This document shows, one piece after another, positions 9,933 to 23,646 of a DNA stretch of 64,000 nucleotides (positions are counted from its first letter, which is position 1; every line of letters begins with the position of its first letter). The stretch is from positions 124,001 to 188,000 of the forward strand of contig OZ287084.1 in NCBI GenBank assembly GCA_965645245.1, read 5' to 3'. The translations under genes and the position numbers were made by a program. Origin of the DNA: Massalongia carnosa. Taxonomy: Eukaryota. The notes below the pieces were generated by a model. It worked only from the letters and a program-made list of their open reading frames with translations. It searched no databases and was not told where the DNA came from.

Positions 9933-12900
9933 GATATTTGAGGACTCGGTCAAGGGCTGTTCGGTGCCTCGTGGCTGGATCATGCGTGTACTGACTGAGT
10001 TTTCCAACTGCAAAAGCGAGGTCTGGCCTCGTGCTTACCATAGCGTACATGACACTGCCAATACGCTTCTGATATTCTAATTGATTGGTTCTGGGCTCGT
10101 CAGCCGTTGCAGGTGTAAGGCTTTCTTTCCCGTCTAGTGGTGTTAGTACTGGATTGGCGTTATCCATCTGGTAATCGCGAAGGAAGTTCTTGTTGTACAT
10201 AGTTGGATTGATCGAGGAAAACCCGTTTTCCTTCACGTCGAATGCGAATACCTAACACGTACTGTGCTGGCCCTAGGTCTTTCATTTTGTACTCACGATT
10301 TAATAGCTCTTTGATATCTTTGATCGCTGTCTTGCTCTTTGAGAAAATTAGTAAATCATCTACGTACAACGCGATGATTACGTGCGAGGTTTGGTTGACA
10401 AAGACGCAATTATCGCCTGTGAGGGTCTTATAGCCAATAGAACGCAGGAATTTAGATATTCTTTTGTTCCACTCTCGTCCGGATTGCTTCAATCCGTAAA
10501 GGCCCTTCAATACGCAGTCTTCATAGCCTGGTGGTGGCGTGAGGCCTTCGGGCATCTCCATGTAAATAATTTCTTCTAGATCCGCTTTAAGATAGGCATT
10601 CGGAACATCCATTTGCTCGATTTCAAACCCGAAATATGCTGCGAGCGACAAAAGCATCCGCAAAGATTCCTGACGGAGTGTGGGTGAAAAGGTCTCCTCG
10701 TAATCTAGGCCGAATATTTGTGTATATCCTCGTGCAACTAGGCGGGCCTTGTAGCGGTCTATGAAATTGTTGACCGTATATTTTATCTTGAATACCCATT
10801 TGGACGTCACGATATTTCTGCCATGCGGCCGCTTACAATACTCCCATGTGCCATTAGCAATGAGGGCACAAAGCTCCTCGTCTATTGCTATTAGCCATTT
10901 ACGCCAGTCAATGCATTTGATGGCTTCTTTATAGGAGCCGGGTTCGGATAGCTTGGGGGTTTGATAAACTTGCTTGTGACCACTCTGGTCTAGGTTTGTG
11001 TCCATGTCTGCTTTCCGAGCTATATGCCCGTGTGCTTTATCGAAGCCGTACTTATCGAATGGCTTTCGCTCCCGCGTTGATCGACGAGTAGGCTTATTAG
11101 CAGAGGTTTGTATAGTGGAAGAAGAAGACTTGATGGTTGATGAAGATACGGAAGTGGAAGGGTTCGTAGGGGTGGAAGAGTTTCGATTATGATTTTGCGA
11201 CCGGAATGTTGAACCATCTGGTCGCTGATAAGCATTAGGGGATGAATCAGTGATAACTTGCTGATTTTCAGGATTTGATCCTGAATCCCCTCCTGAATTT
11301 TCGTCTCTAACCTGATTTTGAACACCCTCAGGCGCTCCCACTTGATCAGAATCAGGTTATTTGTGTCATCCTCGTTATCTGTACTATTTTCGTCAGCATC
11401 ATTAGTGACGCCGGACTGTACGAATGACTCGCGATCCTCATTTGGTTTTGCTCCTCCTAGAATGATCCCGCCGGGTGTATTTTCTAGGAACTTAATTGAA
11501 GTATGCCATTCTACCTTGCTCGTTTTTGGATTATAAATGCGATATTGGTTTGAAGAGTGATATCCGACGAAAATTCCTTGCCAGGATAATTTATCCAGCT
11601 TGGATCGATTTTCCTTCGGGATATGAACGTGAACCAAGCAGCCAAAGGTGCGTAAATGGCTGATGTCCGGTTTTTGCTCCGTCCATTTTTCTTCGGGTGA
11701 CTGGTTAACTTTGGCGGTAGGAAGGAGGTTTCTGAGATAGTTAGCAGTCATTGCTGCTTCTCCCCAGAAGGAATGAGGCAATTTCGCCCATACGAGCATG
11801 GACCTAATCATTTGAACGATTGTTCGGTTATATCGTTCCGCAACTCCATTCTGTTCTGGAGTATACGGTGTAGTGGGTTCAGCGCGAAAGCCATCGGGTC
11901 GAATAAGTTCCATGAATTTCTTGTACTCCTTAGCATTGTCGCATCGGAATTTGATTACCTGCTGATTCTTTTCTCTTTCAACGACATCGATCCATTCTTT
12001 GATAGCTCCATAAATGGTTCGTCGATTTTTAAGGAGAATTAGCCAGGACTTCCGTGTAAAGTCATCAATCAATGAGATAAAGTACGAATGGCCTCCGAGG
12101 CTAGCCGTACGATAGGGGCCCCAGATATCCGTGTGAATCCTGGCCAATGGCCGGACTGTTTTCGAAAACGGCTCGTGACTGACCACTCGAGTTAACTTGG
12201 TAAAGTTGCAGATAGAACATGAAAGTTGTGTAACAGTTGGTGAAAAGGAAGTTATTCCAGACGCATAGCGGTATAAATCCTGGAGTCGTTTTGGGCTGGG
12301 GTGACCCATTCGGGCGTGCCACTGCCTGTATTCACGCTCTTCTGGCCTTTCTTGACCTACAGGTGATACCGATTTTCCTCGCGTGCAATCTCTTGCTGTT
12401 ATTGTAGGCTTGTTCGACGATTTAGGATCTTCGGGGTGGCTTCCTCGATATTTTCGCTGATTTCCGCGAATGCCTGTAAGGCAACCTGAGAGGTCCGCAA
12501 GAAATACGTACGTCCTCTAAGAAAACCGCTGGCCACTGAGGTACCCTTCCGCAGGATCTCCACACCTTTTCCATGAAACAAGACATTTAACCCCTTTTTG
12601 TTTAATGCCGAAATAGACAGTAGGTTTGCATCCAGTTGGGGTACGTATAAAACGTCGGTCATGCGAATGGCAACACCATCGATATCCACAGAAATATCAC
12701 CCTTACCCTTGCTCCAAAGCCTCTGGCCATTAGCAATTCGAATTGGGGTGCGGTGGTATTCGAATTTCGTGAAGATATTTCGCATATAGGTCATATGACG
12801 TGAAGCACCAGAGTCTAGCATCCAGCCACTAGTTTTATCCTCCGCACCTTCACAGACTTCAAAAATTTCTTCTAATTTTTCAACTTTCTCATCAATAACC

Positions 12901-13971
12901 TCCTCTTTTATATCCACGGCCATCCACCCCTCATCCTCACTGGCACCATTGTCAAAGTCCTCTTCATTGGCCGGCCGGGCAGTGCCTTTGCTTCGGCCAC
13001 AGAAGTTGGAAGAACTGGTATTGCTCGTGGAGGGTAGGCCTAGTGGTACTCCGTGATTTCAATTTGGGTTCAGGTTTTGATGTTTCGGATTTGGACTTCG
13101 GTTTCCTCCGTTGCTCAGGATGGGTGCGTTCCCATTCCTGGCCTTCGTTGGTGTCATCGAGCCAGCTCCAGCAATAGATTCGGATATGTCCAAGTTTCCC
13201 GCAATGGTCGCACTTCTTTGGTGGCCCTTTACCCTTTTTTGCATTCGCTCGATGGGCATCCTCGACAGAGTCATCCTTTTCGAATTTTAGTCGCTGCTCC
13301 GTCGCTTTCAAGGCCTCCTTAGTTGCTTCCCAGGTAAGCTCGGGTTCCCGTTCCAATAAAAGCTTTGTTGTATCAAATGCAGGGTCCTCCACGGCACTCA
13401 TCAGGGCTATGGCCATCAACGCATCGTGAGGCTCAAACTCCGATTTTATGTCCGCAATCTGGACTCGTAAGGTCTCAAGGGCCCCTGCTATATCATCGAT
13501 AGAGTCGCTGGATCCAGCCTTGTAGGTATAGAATCGCTTCAATAAATAGTTGATTCTTCCTCTGGCGTGGACTCCATGGACCTTCTTTAGAGCGTCCCAG
13601 GCGGCTTTGGATGTTGTTTTGTTTCGAAGGTGAGTCAATTGGCTTTTCTCACAGTTGGCCCGTATCCATTTCAATGCGTTGGTATCATCGTGGTCCCATT
13701 CGTCAAAGTCTTTTGGTCGGGTTACTGTATCTAGTTGAGGGGTTTTTCCTTCTACTAACTTGAGGCCTCTCATAGATTTAAGCTGAATCCACATCTCTTC
13801 CGCCCAGGTTAAATAATTATCGGCACCTAGCTTGGGCTCTACCCTTATATCCCCTTTCCTTACCGCTTTTGTATACTGCCCATCGGGGCCAGAAGATGAA
13901 GAGGAAGGAGGGGAAGGGCTGGTCATACTTGCTGGTGTATTAGGGTCTGTGGAGTCGCGTTGGTCCGTCAT
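9933..13971 (-). pseudogene. Copia A gag-pol polyprotein, frameshifted
   Basis: Gag with CDHCGKLGHIRIYC, protease WMLDSGASRHM, integrase (DIWGP, RCDNAKEY, PEQNGVAER), RT (KARLVARG, LYGLKQ, LYVDD). Split over five ORFs. Confidence 0.95.
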
Positions 13972-14033
13972 CTCGTTATGTATAACCTCGAAACTAACAC
14001 AAGAAAATCACTCGGCAGCACTATAGGCTAACC

Positions 14034-14045
14034 GGGCTCATAACC
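14034..14045 (-). other. Primer-binding site of Copia A
   Basis: GGTTATGAGCCC on the minus strand immediately after the 5' LTR, a typical Copia PBS for priming by an internal tRNA-Met segment. Confidence 0.85.
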
Positions 14046-14377
14046 TGTTTAAAATAGGAGGGATGGATGGAGAATGATGGACCCAATGCACAGAAAATAG
14101 GTGGCAGAGCGCCAGAAGTCTCTGGATAGTACAGAACTTCTATGAATGAAATAATTTAGATTATTGCGACTGATCTCTAAGCTATGCGTAGGAGTGATGT
14201 TATATACATATTGATCACAGAACATTCGAGATTCTCCTCGAATGTCTATAGACCTGAATTTCTAAGCATCGAAGATACCAGAAATTCTCAGATGTAACTA
14301 TTCCCATATCAGTAAAATACGCGAGGGCATTCGCGTATTACGTCAGATATGATCTAGCTGGCTTGGTATTCGCAACA
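14046..14377 (-). repeat. Copia A 5' LTR
   Basis: TG...CA ends, adjacent PBS, flanking TSD. Confidence 0.97.
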
Positions 14378-17300
14378 GTGATAAAGAAACAAGAGGGTTT
14401 TAATGAGCTCCTTTCGTTATTGGGTCCTTGATCGTCAATAAAAGATTAGCACCTTTACATTCATTGAGTTAATAGTACAAACCTCTCTAATTCCATTTTA
14501 ATAGTCCTTCGTCTGGTAAGGTGATTTCGGTCCGGACACAGCCCCGCTAAGACTTACCTCACTCGTCAACCTTGTGAGGCTACACGAGTCCTCTGCTCTC
14601 GCCTGGATTACTATCGACTTGCCATCTTGCACATTCGATTTTTCCATGGCGAACACAGCCTTCCAGGAAGCCGGTTACGTAATATGAAAAATCTTGAAGT
14701 GTCCATGCTTTGCGCGTCTGTCTAGTGAATCATCACGCTCCGGAACCGCTTCCCTTCAAATGTCACCTTTCGCAGTCTCCGGTAATTGAGCCGAGAGATC
14801 CATAGCGTCCGAAAGCCCAATCATTTTGCTCAAACCCCAGATCAACGCGGCAGGCCTGAGCGCTAGAAGCGGCATTCACCTGCGCTCCCACTTGGTGAAA
14901 ACAATCAAGTGCTGATTATATTAGCAGTGAACCAATCGGGTGATGCCTGTGAAAAAACCATTGAATCTTTCCTGGAGGCTTCTCCCAGTTAAGAAATATT
15001 TTATTAGCCGCGAAACTTGTCTCTTATCTGCAAATCCTGCGAGGAAAAGAGGCCAATGGAACAGTTTTGGTAACTGATATGGGGACCGTTATGTGGTCGA
15101 GACTCTTGGGGGAACGCTCGAAAGGTAGGAGATCAGTCCCTTGAAAATTATTGGACGATAGGAAGACACAGCTGCAGCCTACGCATGAGTCACCGAAAAC
15201 CACATTATCTACCAGTAGAACGCAGCCTGTCTGGAATGGAGGGGTAGACTGTCTTAACGTATATATCAGCATCACGTCCAGTCCAAACCTGTTGCGCATC
15301 GACAGCTCCCTTCCGTCCACTCTTCTCCCGCACTCACTAGCATCAACCATGGCTCCGATCACCTCTCCAACCGGAATTCCAGGCTTGCACAGCCAACCAA
15401 CTTTTGGTGATCTTCAGAACTCGGCTTACAGGTACCTTTTGAGACTTCAGTGATATGATTGGGTCTGATGATTCTCAAATACAATACTTTCATAGACAGC
15501 GAGGAGCTACTTTCGGAAATATCTAAGTCGCATCTACAAAACCTTGCTGAGATTTTTGTCAAGTACAATGCGCACAATAGACTCGGACCTCTTCTTCCGA
15601 GCCAGCATGGTTTCCGGTTCGCTGACATCCTGGAGGTGGAATTTCATCTCCAGGACGGATGGAAAAGCCTCGACACATTTCGGGTCTCGGATGTGGGCAT
15701 TGAGAGACAGTGGGGATTCTCTCCCTTCGAAATACAATTTTAAGGGTGCTACCAAATACTATCGCGCTGTGCTCTTCGCATGACGAGAATCAGGAATTTT
15801 CGTCACGTGATGCATAATGCGCGCGCGCACTTTGGGTCACGTGGTATGGATACATTAGGTAACACGAGCCGTTATCGTAAAAGTTGAGGCACAGCCCCAG
15901 GCACATACTATGCATCATCCTTCTACAACTTGCCCCAGCCGCGCTCACCCGGCCTGTCCCTGATCTCCTGTCCGGCCCGGGCCTCCTCCCATTCACTATT
16001 CTCTTCCTCCGCCTCACTTTCTACTGCCTCATACAATTTCCCCCAACCGCGCTCACTCGGCCTATCCCTAACCTCTACCACCTCGACAAGCGACCGAAGA
16101 TAGTCTGCCACCGCTTTGTCCTTGCGAGGGTCGTTGTCAAAGCTGCACGTCCAAATACACGGCAATCCCCACTCAACAGTCCGCGTCTCCTGTTGAAAAT
16201 CTCGACAATTGAACCGCTCTTGTAGAAACTCCGAGCATCGCACTAACTGCTTATAGATTAGCATTATCATCATGTGAAGCAAGGAGGATAAGATCTTCAT
16301 CACGTGCGGAAAATCGGAACGGACTAACTTTCTCGCTAAAATCCTTTCCTGTTCCCGTTTCCAAGCCAGCGGCAACCTAAGTACATCTATCTCCTACTCT
16401 CCCTTACCCAATCGACATGGCCTGCAGTCAAACAAAATCAGACGCCAAACAAACTAAGTGGCAGTCTTTAAAGTCAAAAAACCAAGGTTGAACAATCATC
16501 TTTATATCTACTCTGCTTAGCCGACTATTAACAGGGAAACATCCTCAAGGTATAGAGAAACAGCAACGACAAAGATCTATCCGCAAAGGTGCATGCCAGA
16601 AAGAAACACTACACCAGTGGGAAGAAAGTAAGGACAAGGATATCAAGCCATTTCCCTCTCGCTCAACAAGCAACACTTCAAGCAAAGAGGTATGTAGACT
16701 ATCCGTCATGTTCTACTCTGAAGCTAGTACAAATCAAGGCCCCACAAGGTTCGCACGTCGTTTTCAATTCTATAGATACTCTAAAGTGGGCGCGAAGGTC
16801 CACCTTAGACTCTAGTCCCGCGCAATTTGAGCAGCCGTGTTGAAGACAGTTCGAGACGCTATCCAGCATCTACGTGAATCTGGGTCCGAGTCCTTCACAT
16901 CAATTGCTAGCACCGGAAAATAAATCAGACCTATCTAACTCACAAGAACTGGCGCCAAGTGCTCCTTCATCTCAGAACACCGCTGGCTTCAAGAAACCGA
17001 GACTGCCTCCGAAGTCATATTACAATAGAGGATTGATCGGCTAGAAGAGCAGAACAAAAATTTCATGGAACTGCTATAACAGCAAACTTCATCGACTGCT
17101 AGCACAGCCGAGTTAGAGCTCCAAAGAGAAGGAAGAGAGCCTGAAAGGCACCAAATAGTGTTCGTCGGCGCAATTCTCAAAGCGAAGCGGAGCTTTGGTA
17201 ACAATACAATATCGACAAGTCTATCTAGGAAAAAGAGCCGGCGAATCGGAAAGTCGAAGACTTTCCACGGGCCTGCAGACTTTTGAAAAATTTACCCACC

Positions 17301-17426
17301 TTTATATAAGCGCTGTAAAGCCAGGATAGTCAGGCTGAGATTGTGGATCACTAGAGAACGTACAGTATGGATATCTTTTCTTCTAGCAGATTGCACTCCC
17401 TGTACGCTTTACGGCCTCTACATTTC

Positions 17427-18041
17427 CTATACTCTTTGCACTCCCTGTACTCCCTGTACTCCCTGTACTCCCTGTACCCCTTGTACTCCTCGTACTCCCT
17501 GTGACCCCCCGCGTTCCCCCTGCGGTCCCTGTTCTCCTCGATCTCCCTGCGGTCCATCTTGTTCCTGTTCTCCCTGGAATCCCCGTGGCCCTCGATCTCC
17601 CTGCGGTCCGTGTTGTCCCTGTTCTTCCCGGAATCCCCGTGTTCCTCGATCTCCCTGCGGTCCATGATTTCCCTGTTCTCCTTGGAATCCCCGTGGTCCG
17701 CGCTCTCCTTGCAGTCCTCGCTCACCTGGCGGTCCCTCTGGTCCCTCTAGTCCCTGAGTTTTCCTTTCTCCTTTCGAAAGACAAGCCAAAAACAATAGAA
17801 AGAGGAACAGAGGTACAAGAATACATATCACTATAATTCCAATCGTTGTCCCCGAGGTGTTATCCTCGCCGCTAGAAGTTGTCGACTCGATAATGGAAGA
17901 ACTTGAATGCTGAGACGTTGATGATATGGGTTGAGTGGTCATTGTGAGGATTACGTCACTTTCTAGTTGGATGACAGTGGTGTATGTGGTATATAATTTC
18001 GTGATGCTGAGCATGACATAGTAATCTGATCGTGAAGGCAT
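17427..18041 (-). CDS. Single-pass membrane protein with a collagen-like (Gly-X-Y)n repeat; possibly a 3'-truncated pseudogene
   Basis: S/T-rich N-terminus, hydrophobic [22 protein letters not shown], then about 35 mostly perfect G-X-Y triplets (GPQGDRG, GVQ repeats). The degenerate repeat continues past the TAG stop. Confidence 0.75.
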   Translation of the reverse strand: MPSRSDYYVMLSITKLYTTYTTVIQLESDVILTMTTQPISSTSQHSSSSIIESTTSSGEDNTSGTTIGIIVICILVPLFLFLLFLACLSKGERKTQGLEGPEGPPGERGLQGERGPRGFQGEQGNHGPQGDRGTRGFREEQGQHGPQGDRGPRGFQGEQEQDGPQGDRGEQGPQGERGGSQGVRGVQGVQGVQGVQGVQGVQRV

Positions 18042-19378
18042 TTTCTTGAAAAGCAGTATTAGGAGCTCACATAAGAGTCATTACAGTATCAGGAGGCTAT
18101 TAAAGAGGATTGGGGATGGATTAATTATTCATGATATGATTGAGCGTGATTGCAACGATGTTTTTCTTCTAATCCTGCTCCACCATTTTGCGCCTCGGAC
18201 ATATAACCATTGATTAGGCGATCAAGTGGCTTTGATACACTGGCGATCAATGTTCTATGCATGTATATCGGCTTGCCATCGACAACAAATCTGAATGGTT
18301 CGGAGCCAAACCGACTAGTCCATTATAATTGTGCTTGCTGAATTGAAGTGATTACTCGTATGTATGAGATAAGGACGTAATCCACACCGGTCACACCTTC
18401 AAAAGAAGAAATTGAGCTTCATAGCAGACTTACGAATGGAAATATTCGAATATCACAATGATAAACGTAGATGCCGGCTGGACGTCAAGAGGAGAAGTTG
18501 GAATGCTATTGGAGGCTTTGTCTTTCAAGCCTAGCCAATCGTTCTGCTTGAACGAAAGCCTTGTGCTACCCCCACCTATATACACAGCCAACCTTTCTTT
18601 CGTCTTTCCCTCCTTCCTCCACACGACCGATGCAGTGCATGCGAACTCCTTGACGTGGTCATTTGTTACTTGAGCTCGCTCCTTACTTAACACTGTTTCC
18701 GGCGAGTCGTGCATACGATACTGTGACGAAATGTATGGCAACAAAAGAAGCATCCATAACGTTCGACGTGGCAAGCTAATGACCCATCGACGGTCCATCA
18801 ATGGGCAACCTTGTTCTGCTAGACGCAACGGAGCGATACACAGCTTCCCCGAGGAGCCGCAGTCGTGATCGAGGAGAAATTGACGAAGAACTTATTGACT
18901 TTGGATATGCTCTAGATTTGCTCGCATCCTTCTATGCCTACACTGGCGGGGGTGAACTTCCATGGGCAGGCATATTTACGTCCCAAAGCCTCCAAAGAAG
19001 CGGGACGATTCTATTTCCAAAAGCAAGATCATTGCTCGTGCCGTCTTCAGCCATCTCCATACAAGCAAGGATTCAGTATCTGCGGCGTTCAGTCGGATTT
19101 CCAGCGTATGTCTCTCTTCCATTTCAGTCTCACCTTGAATCATCACGTCGTCGTCGTTCTCCATCACTTTTCCACTTTCATGTGCAAGGACCTCCTTAAG
19201 CCAACTCGTATATAATCGAATTTCCATCCAAGAAAGAGCTATGTCACGCTCTTCAGTGGCCCATAAATGAGAATAAATGACTTGTTGTCGCCATCGCGTT
19301 TTAGTAAGAATGTCATTAAGCTCAGGGAATAAATGATCGAGGTTTCTATAAAGTCTCTATAACTTGGTCAAGTACGAG

Positions 19379-21278
19379 CTAGCTAAGAATCTTCTTGCCA
19401 TCCTCCAAATCCTTGTTCTCCTTTTTAAGCTGCATACGCCTTCGCTTCAGAGTCATGTCCTCTCCTCTTCAGCCACTTCTTCCAGCTGTCTGGGTGTCAT
19501 CCCAGTCACGAAAGCTGGGGAAAACAACTTCAGCGGTGTACTTGGTCCAGTAGTCAAGTAATAATCAGCCGCTTGCATGCGAAGGGAGTCGACGAATCGT
19601 TTGCGGGCAACTTTGTAATATGAGTGTAAGATATCGTGGAGATCTTGTATGGCGTGACTAGCGTTGCTCATTGAATGATTTTGTACGATGTCATCGGGCC
19701 TGACCACTTCTCCATACTGATCAGCCGCAAAGCTTTTGCTTTCCATCCTGGCGTGCATCCGTCGTTGAAGACTACCATCCCCGGTAAGCTGATTATCCTT
19801 CCTGACGTAATGGAGCTTTCCTTACCGCTTTTCCAGATTGTCGTTGAAGTAATGATTGAGCGTCGCCGGAGTTCCCTCGAGCTCTATCTCCAAAGAAAAT
19901 TGACGTGGGATATGGCCGACTTGTACTTTTCCACCAAGTGATCCGTGAGCAGAGACATTATTCCAATTCGAACTCGTTCTACAGGACAGACCGCACGCAG
20001 GAGATCAATGACGAAAACGTGAGCCATCGTCACGATGTCAGCAATGTATCCTAGTGCCAGGCTCTTCCACTTCATCGACTGGCGCTTCATGGTCACCGCC
20101 AGGAGCGAGGAGTTGAGAGTTCCCAGTTCAAAGCCCCGCGCGCCGCGATAAACCTCTCTCAGCCAAACATGAATGCTTCCGCCCTGTGATTCGGATAACG
20201 TTTTGGGCACATGCACTAGACCTTCAAGCTCTGAATGATCTTGAACCTGCCGGACCTCAATTGTTCCCTCAGGGTCATGGTTGTCAGGATTTATGGCGCT
20301 GATGTTCATGACTTCAAGACTTTCATCGAGGAAGTCTTGATGGTGTTTATGAGAACCGTTCTCTCTATCGCTGGACTCGAAATGAAATGTATGCCCCTTT
20401 GTTGCTATGACTTCTGACATGAGATCGCTGCGATTGACTACAGCGGATGCGAGTCGAAGCTTTGGGTTATTGTCAAACACATCGGTGCGTCCGTAGTTGG
20501 ACAATAACGCTTCTGTGGATAGCTTCTGAAATTCCATAGCAATCTCCGTTAAATATCGACTCTGTTCCGCAGATGTTTGACGCTTCACCCCGAGAGCCTG
20601 CAAATTCTGCTGGCATAAATTTAATTTCTTGGTGATCTCGGATTTCACCTGTACAGTGTATATGATTATCCGATTTCATCAAATCGATCGACGACCTTAC
20701 CTTTGGGAACTCGCGGCGAATATGATCAGCGAGAATCTCTTGCAGGCGGTCCCTGAACGAGTCAATACCCACTCTTTCTTTATCCAAGCTGTTCCATGGC
20801 GATTCCTCTGCGAAGAAGCTTCTTTCTGTGGCATGAGGGTCAGCGACAGGGCTGTCAAGCTCTGCTTGACCGGGGTTGCGGAGGATATGCCAGCCGAGTT
20901 TGAGCTGGTGCTTTCTCCCTTCAACTAAATCCATCACGTTCTTTCCGCGCCTTTGTTCACTAAGTCCGGCTTTGTCAAGACTCCCAACGTTCTCATCCCC
21001 TCTGGATCAACTTCTTCCGCCTTCTCAAGTATCTCTTGGGTTGCGATATCGACGTTCGCCGGCACAACGGTTAGCATCACAGAACGGGGGTTCTTCATGT
21101 AATTGTGAACCATGCGCTCAACCATTTCCATGTCTGATTTGGTCGTCACCCCAGAAGTGGTTCTCTTAAAGATACCAGGGACATCGATCACGCTCAAATG
21201 ATCTTCCTTAGGGCCAGAGATCTCGAGACGTAGGACATCGTTGGAGAATGTGCGTTTTGACCCGGACTCGTCCAGCAC
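19379..21278 (-). pseudogene. Dynamin-superfamily (Mx-like) GTPase lacking the N-terminal P-loop, frameshifted
   Basis: FSNDVLRLEISGP, VIDVPG (G3), LGVLTKPD (G4), LGWHILRN, RGFELGT, and GED-like YYKVARKRFVD. Intron near 20650-20700. Confidence 0.9.
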
Positions 21279-22539
21279 ATATCCAGGCTGTCACTTAAGA
21301 GTAATATATTTGTATGATATTGCTTTCAATTTCGCTAAAGAATTTTTGCATGGAAGAGTCGGATTTGTATCAACTTTAATGCAGTAGCATCTGCAGTCCT
21401 AGGTCGGATACCGCTTATGCAACTCTTCCAGCTCTTCAACCCCGTAGAACGGCATTGTCAAACCCTTGGTGATCTTAGTCGAGCCTTTATTTAGCTTCTC
21501 TACGCCCATGTGAAATTGCTTCTCTCGCAACGGCTTGCAAGATCCTTTGTCAGTTTCGAAATTTGTAGACATTTTCTGGCTCATTTGGTCTTCCCTTCAT
21601 GTACAATATTGGCATAAATTAAGAGTGTATTTCCCCAACAGAAGGCAATTGGTCCTGTTGTATAGATATACGCATGAGATTCATCTTGTAGCTTCGACGT
21701 TTGTACACATCTCAAAAAGCTTCCAAGCACAATGCATGAGCTGTGTATCTAGATCCAATCTAGGCACGCTTTGATTAAAGCTTGGACGATCAAACATGTT
21801 GCGGAGGCTACGGATCATAGGGGTGGAAGTAGGAAACAACAGCAAAAAGCACGTGCGATGATCAAACTGATCCAATGGCAAGCTGATCCAATGGCAGGCT
21901 ACTAATGATTGATTGAAAATGACTGAGGCTATCTATGGGGGCATATAGCCCATTATATACCGCTGCCTGCCTTGAGCACGATTCTCCCACTTTCTATGTG
22001 ATCGGTCAGTCAAATGCTGATATGTAAGCTCGTCTTTGTCGGAGTTCCAAAGCTGACATTGCCTCATTATCAATCCACTGTAGAATGTTCGAATGTCTCC
22101 TAGAATATCAGACGCGGGATAAATCCCAAGGTGGCCAATCCAAATACTTCCAATAGCTAGTGCGCATTGGGGTTAGTGCCATTTTCTATAAGCAGACATC
22201 TCAACAGAACACATTCGCCTAGAATTGCTGGCTGGCTCTTATCACACCACTTCCCTGCCGTCCCTTATGAGGTACAGCGCCCAGCTTGTAGTGGGGAAAG
22301 CCTTGATTGGATCAAAGACACAGGGCATTACAGCTTTGTAGAGAAGCAACGTCTCGCTGCTGCCTTCTGAGTCAGCTCTGGCTTTATGAACTTTCGTTCC
22401 GATCAGCTTTTTTGAATTCGTCTACTGCAAAGTGCGCTCTCATTGAAGGACGAAAGACCTACGATACTACCCTGCCTTGTTCGTCTATGTCTCTATCAGT
22501 ATACGCTTACTGACATAGAACAGTGCAATACTGTGCATA

Positions 22540-22712
22540 ATGTGTGATCATCGCCAATACGATTATGACTGTGGACATAGAGCAACCGGCGAGACAGTTC
22601 GTTGCAGAGGCGTGATTGATGGAACTGGATGTACTGGATCAGGACGCCATGTTTTGGCGCAGCGAACGGTAACTGTCCTGAATGCAACTATCCAACACCT
22701 CCATCATCTTGA
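22540..22712 (+). pseudogene. Small Cys/His microprotein (MC..Y.CGH..C..C..CPEC.YPTPPSS) with a 1-nt frameshift
   Basis: The ATG frame gives MCDHRQYDYDCGH...C...C. A frameshift near 22664 continues NGNCPECNYPTPPSS-TGA. Confidence 0.4.
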
Positions 22713-23646
22713 GGTGAGACTGAACGCTGTAGTAAATGTCGATGCTGCTTCTAACAACAGGCATAGATTGTTCGATTATGATCGACAACTGAGGCGAAGG
22801 GAAGGGGTGGGGGGAACCGGTCGAGGGGGTAGCGTGCCGAGGGGGTCGGGACGGAAATACTTTGTTGCAACACATTGCCGCTCAGCTAGTAACGTACAAG
22901 CATCACTCTCATTCCAGATAGAAAAAATCCATTCATGTCCCTCCGAATATTCATCAAGTTTCGTACGGATCAGGTCCCAGGACCTCCTGCTGAGAAAGAC
23001 ATTCTCGTTGCCGCTGCAGCATGCACCAAATTGCTCGGCCGCGGTTTCGACTTTAAACTAGACTTCATACATTCTCAAGGAGAAATATTAATGTCTAACG
23101 CTAGATGCCATGTGCTGGTTGACTGCGGCTATCATGACTCACAGCCTGACCCTAAAAACATCTCCTTGTATCTCTATAAAGTGGTTCGGAAAGAAGCTTC
23201 ATTGTTGGTCCTCCAGTGTCTCTAAATGCTTCCAAGGCGTTGTTTAACACGATGGCAGCGATTTGGAGGAAACCTATTTGCACCGCGGTTTGATCGATAA
23301 AGTTCCTTGGGGAAGACATTCGGTGTGATGGTATGCCACTTAATCAACCCTCCTGGGTGTCTCTGACATAACTCTTCCTAGTACAATATTTCCTTGTCTA
23401 GCTGACGCGATCCTCGACGCTTATGATCCGGAGAAGATGGAGTTCTTCGCAATGGTGTCGCTCACCCAAGGCTGCAATTTGTCCATAACTGGTTATTGCA
23501 CAATTGCTCATGAATGGTTATTAAGTAATGCATTTAGCCAAAATTCTATCTAAGTACAGGTATAGGCCTTGATACCCTGGCTTTCTTGCGTGTCCTCTCG
23601 TTCACCGAGCATTCGTTAACAATATATTAAAATCGTAGCCTAAGCA

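Larger units (their letters stand above)
9601..14377 (-). mobile_element. Ty1/Copia LTR retrotransposon A (RNase H and PPT missing)
   Basis: 332-bp LTRs (TG...CA), TSD GTGAT at 9596-9600 and 14378-14382, PBS, and gag-PR-IN-RT order. Confidence 0.97.

Noticed and set aside
17341..17836. Cys/Pro-rich plus-strand ORFs (metallothionein-like)
   Set aside because: Antisense shadows of the Gly-X-Y repeat.
18801..19227. Overlapping ORFs on both strands
   Set aside because: No motif identifies a coding frame.
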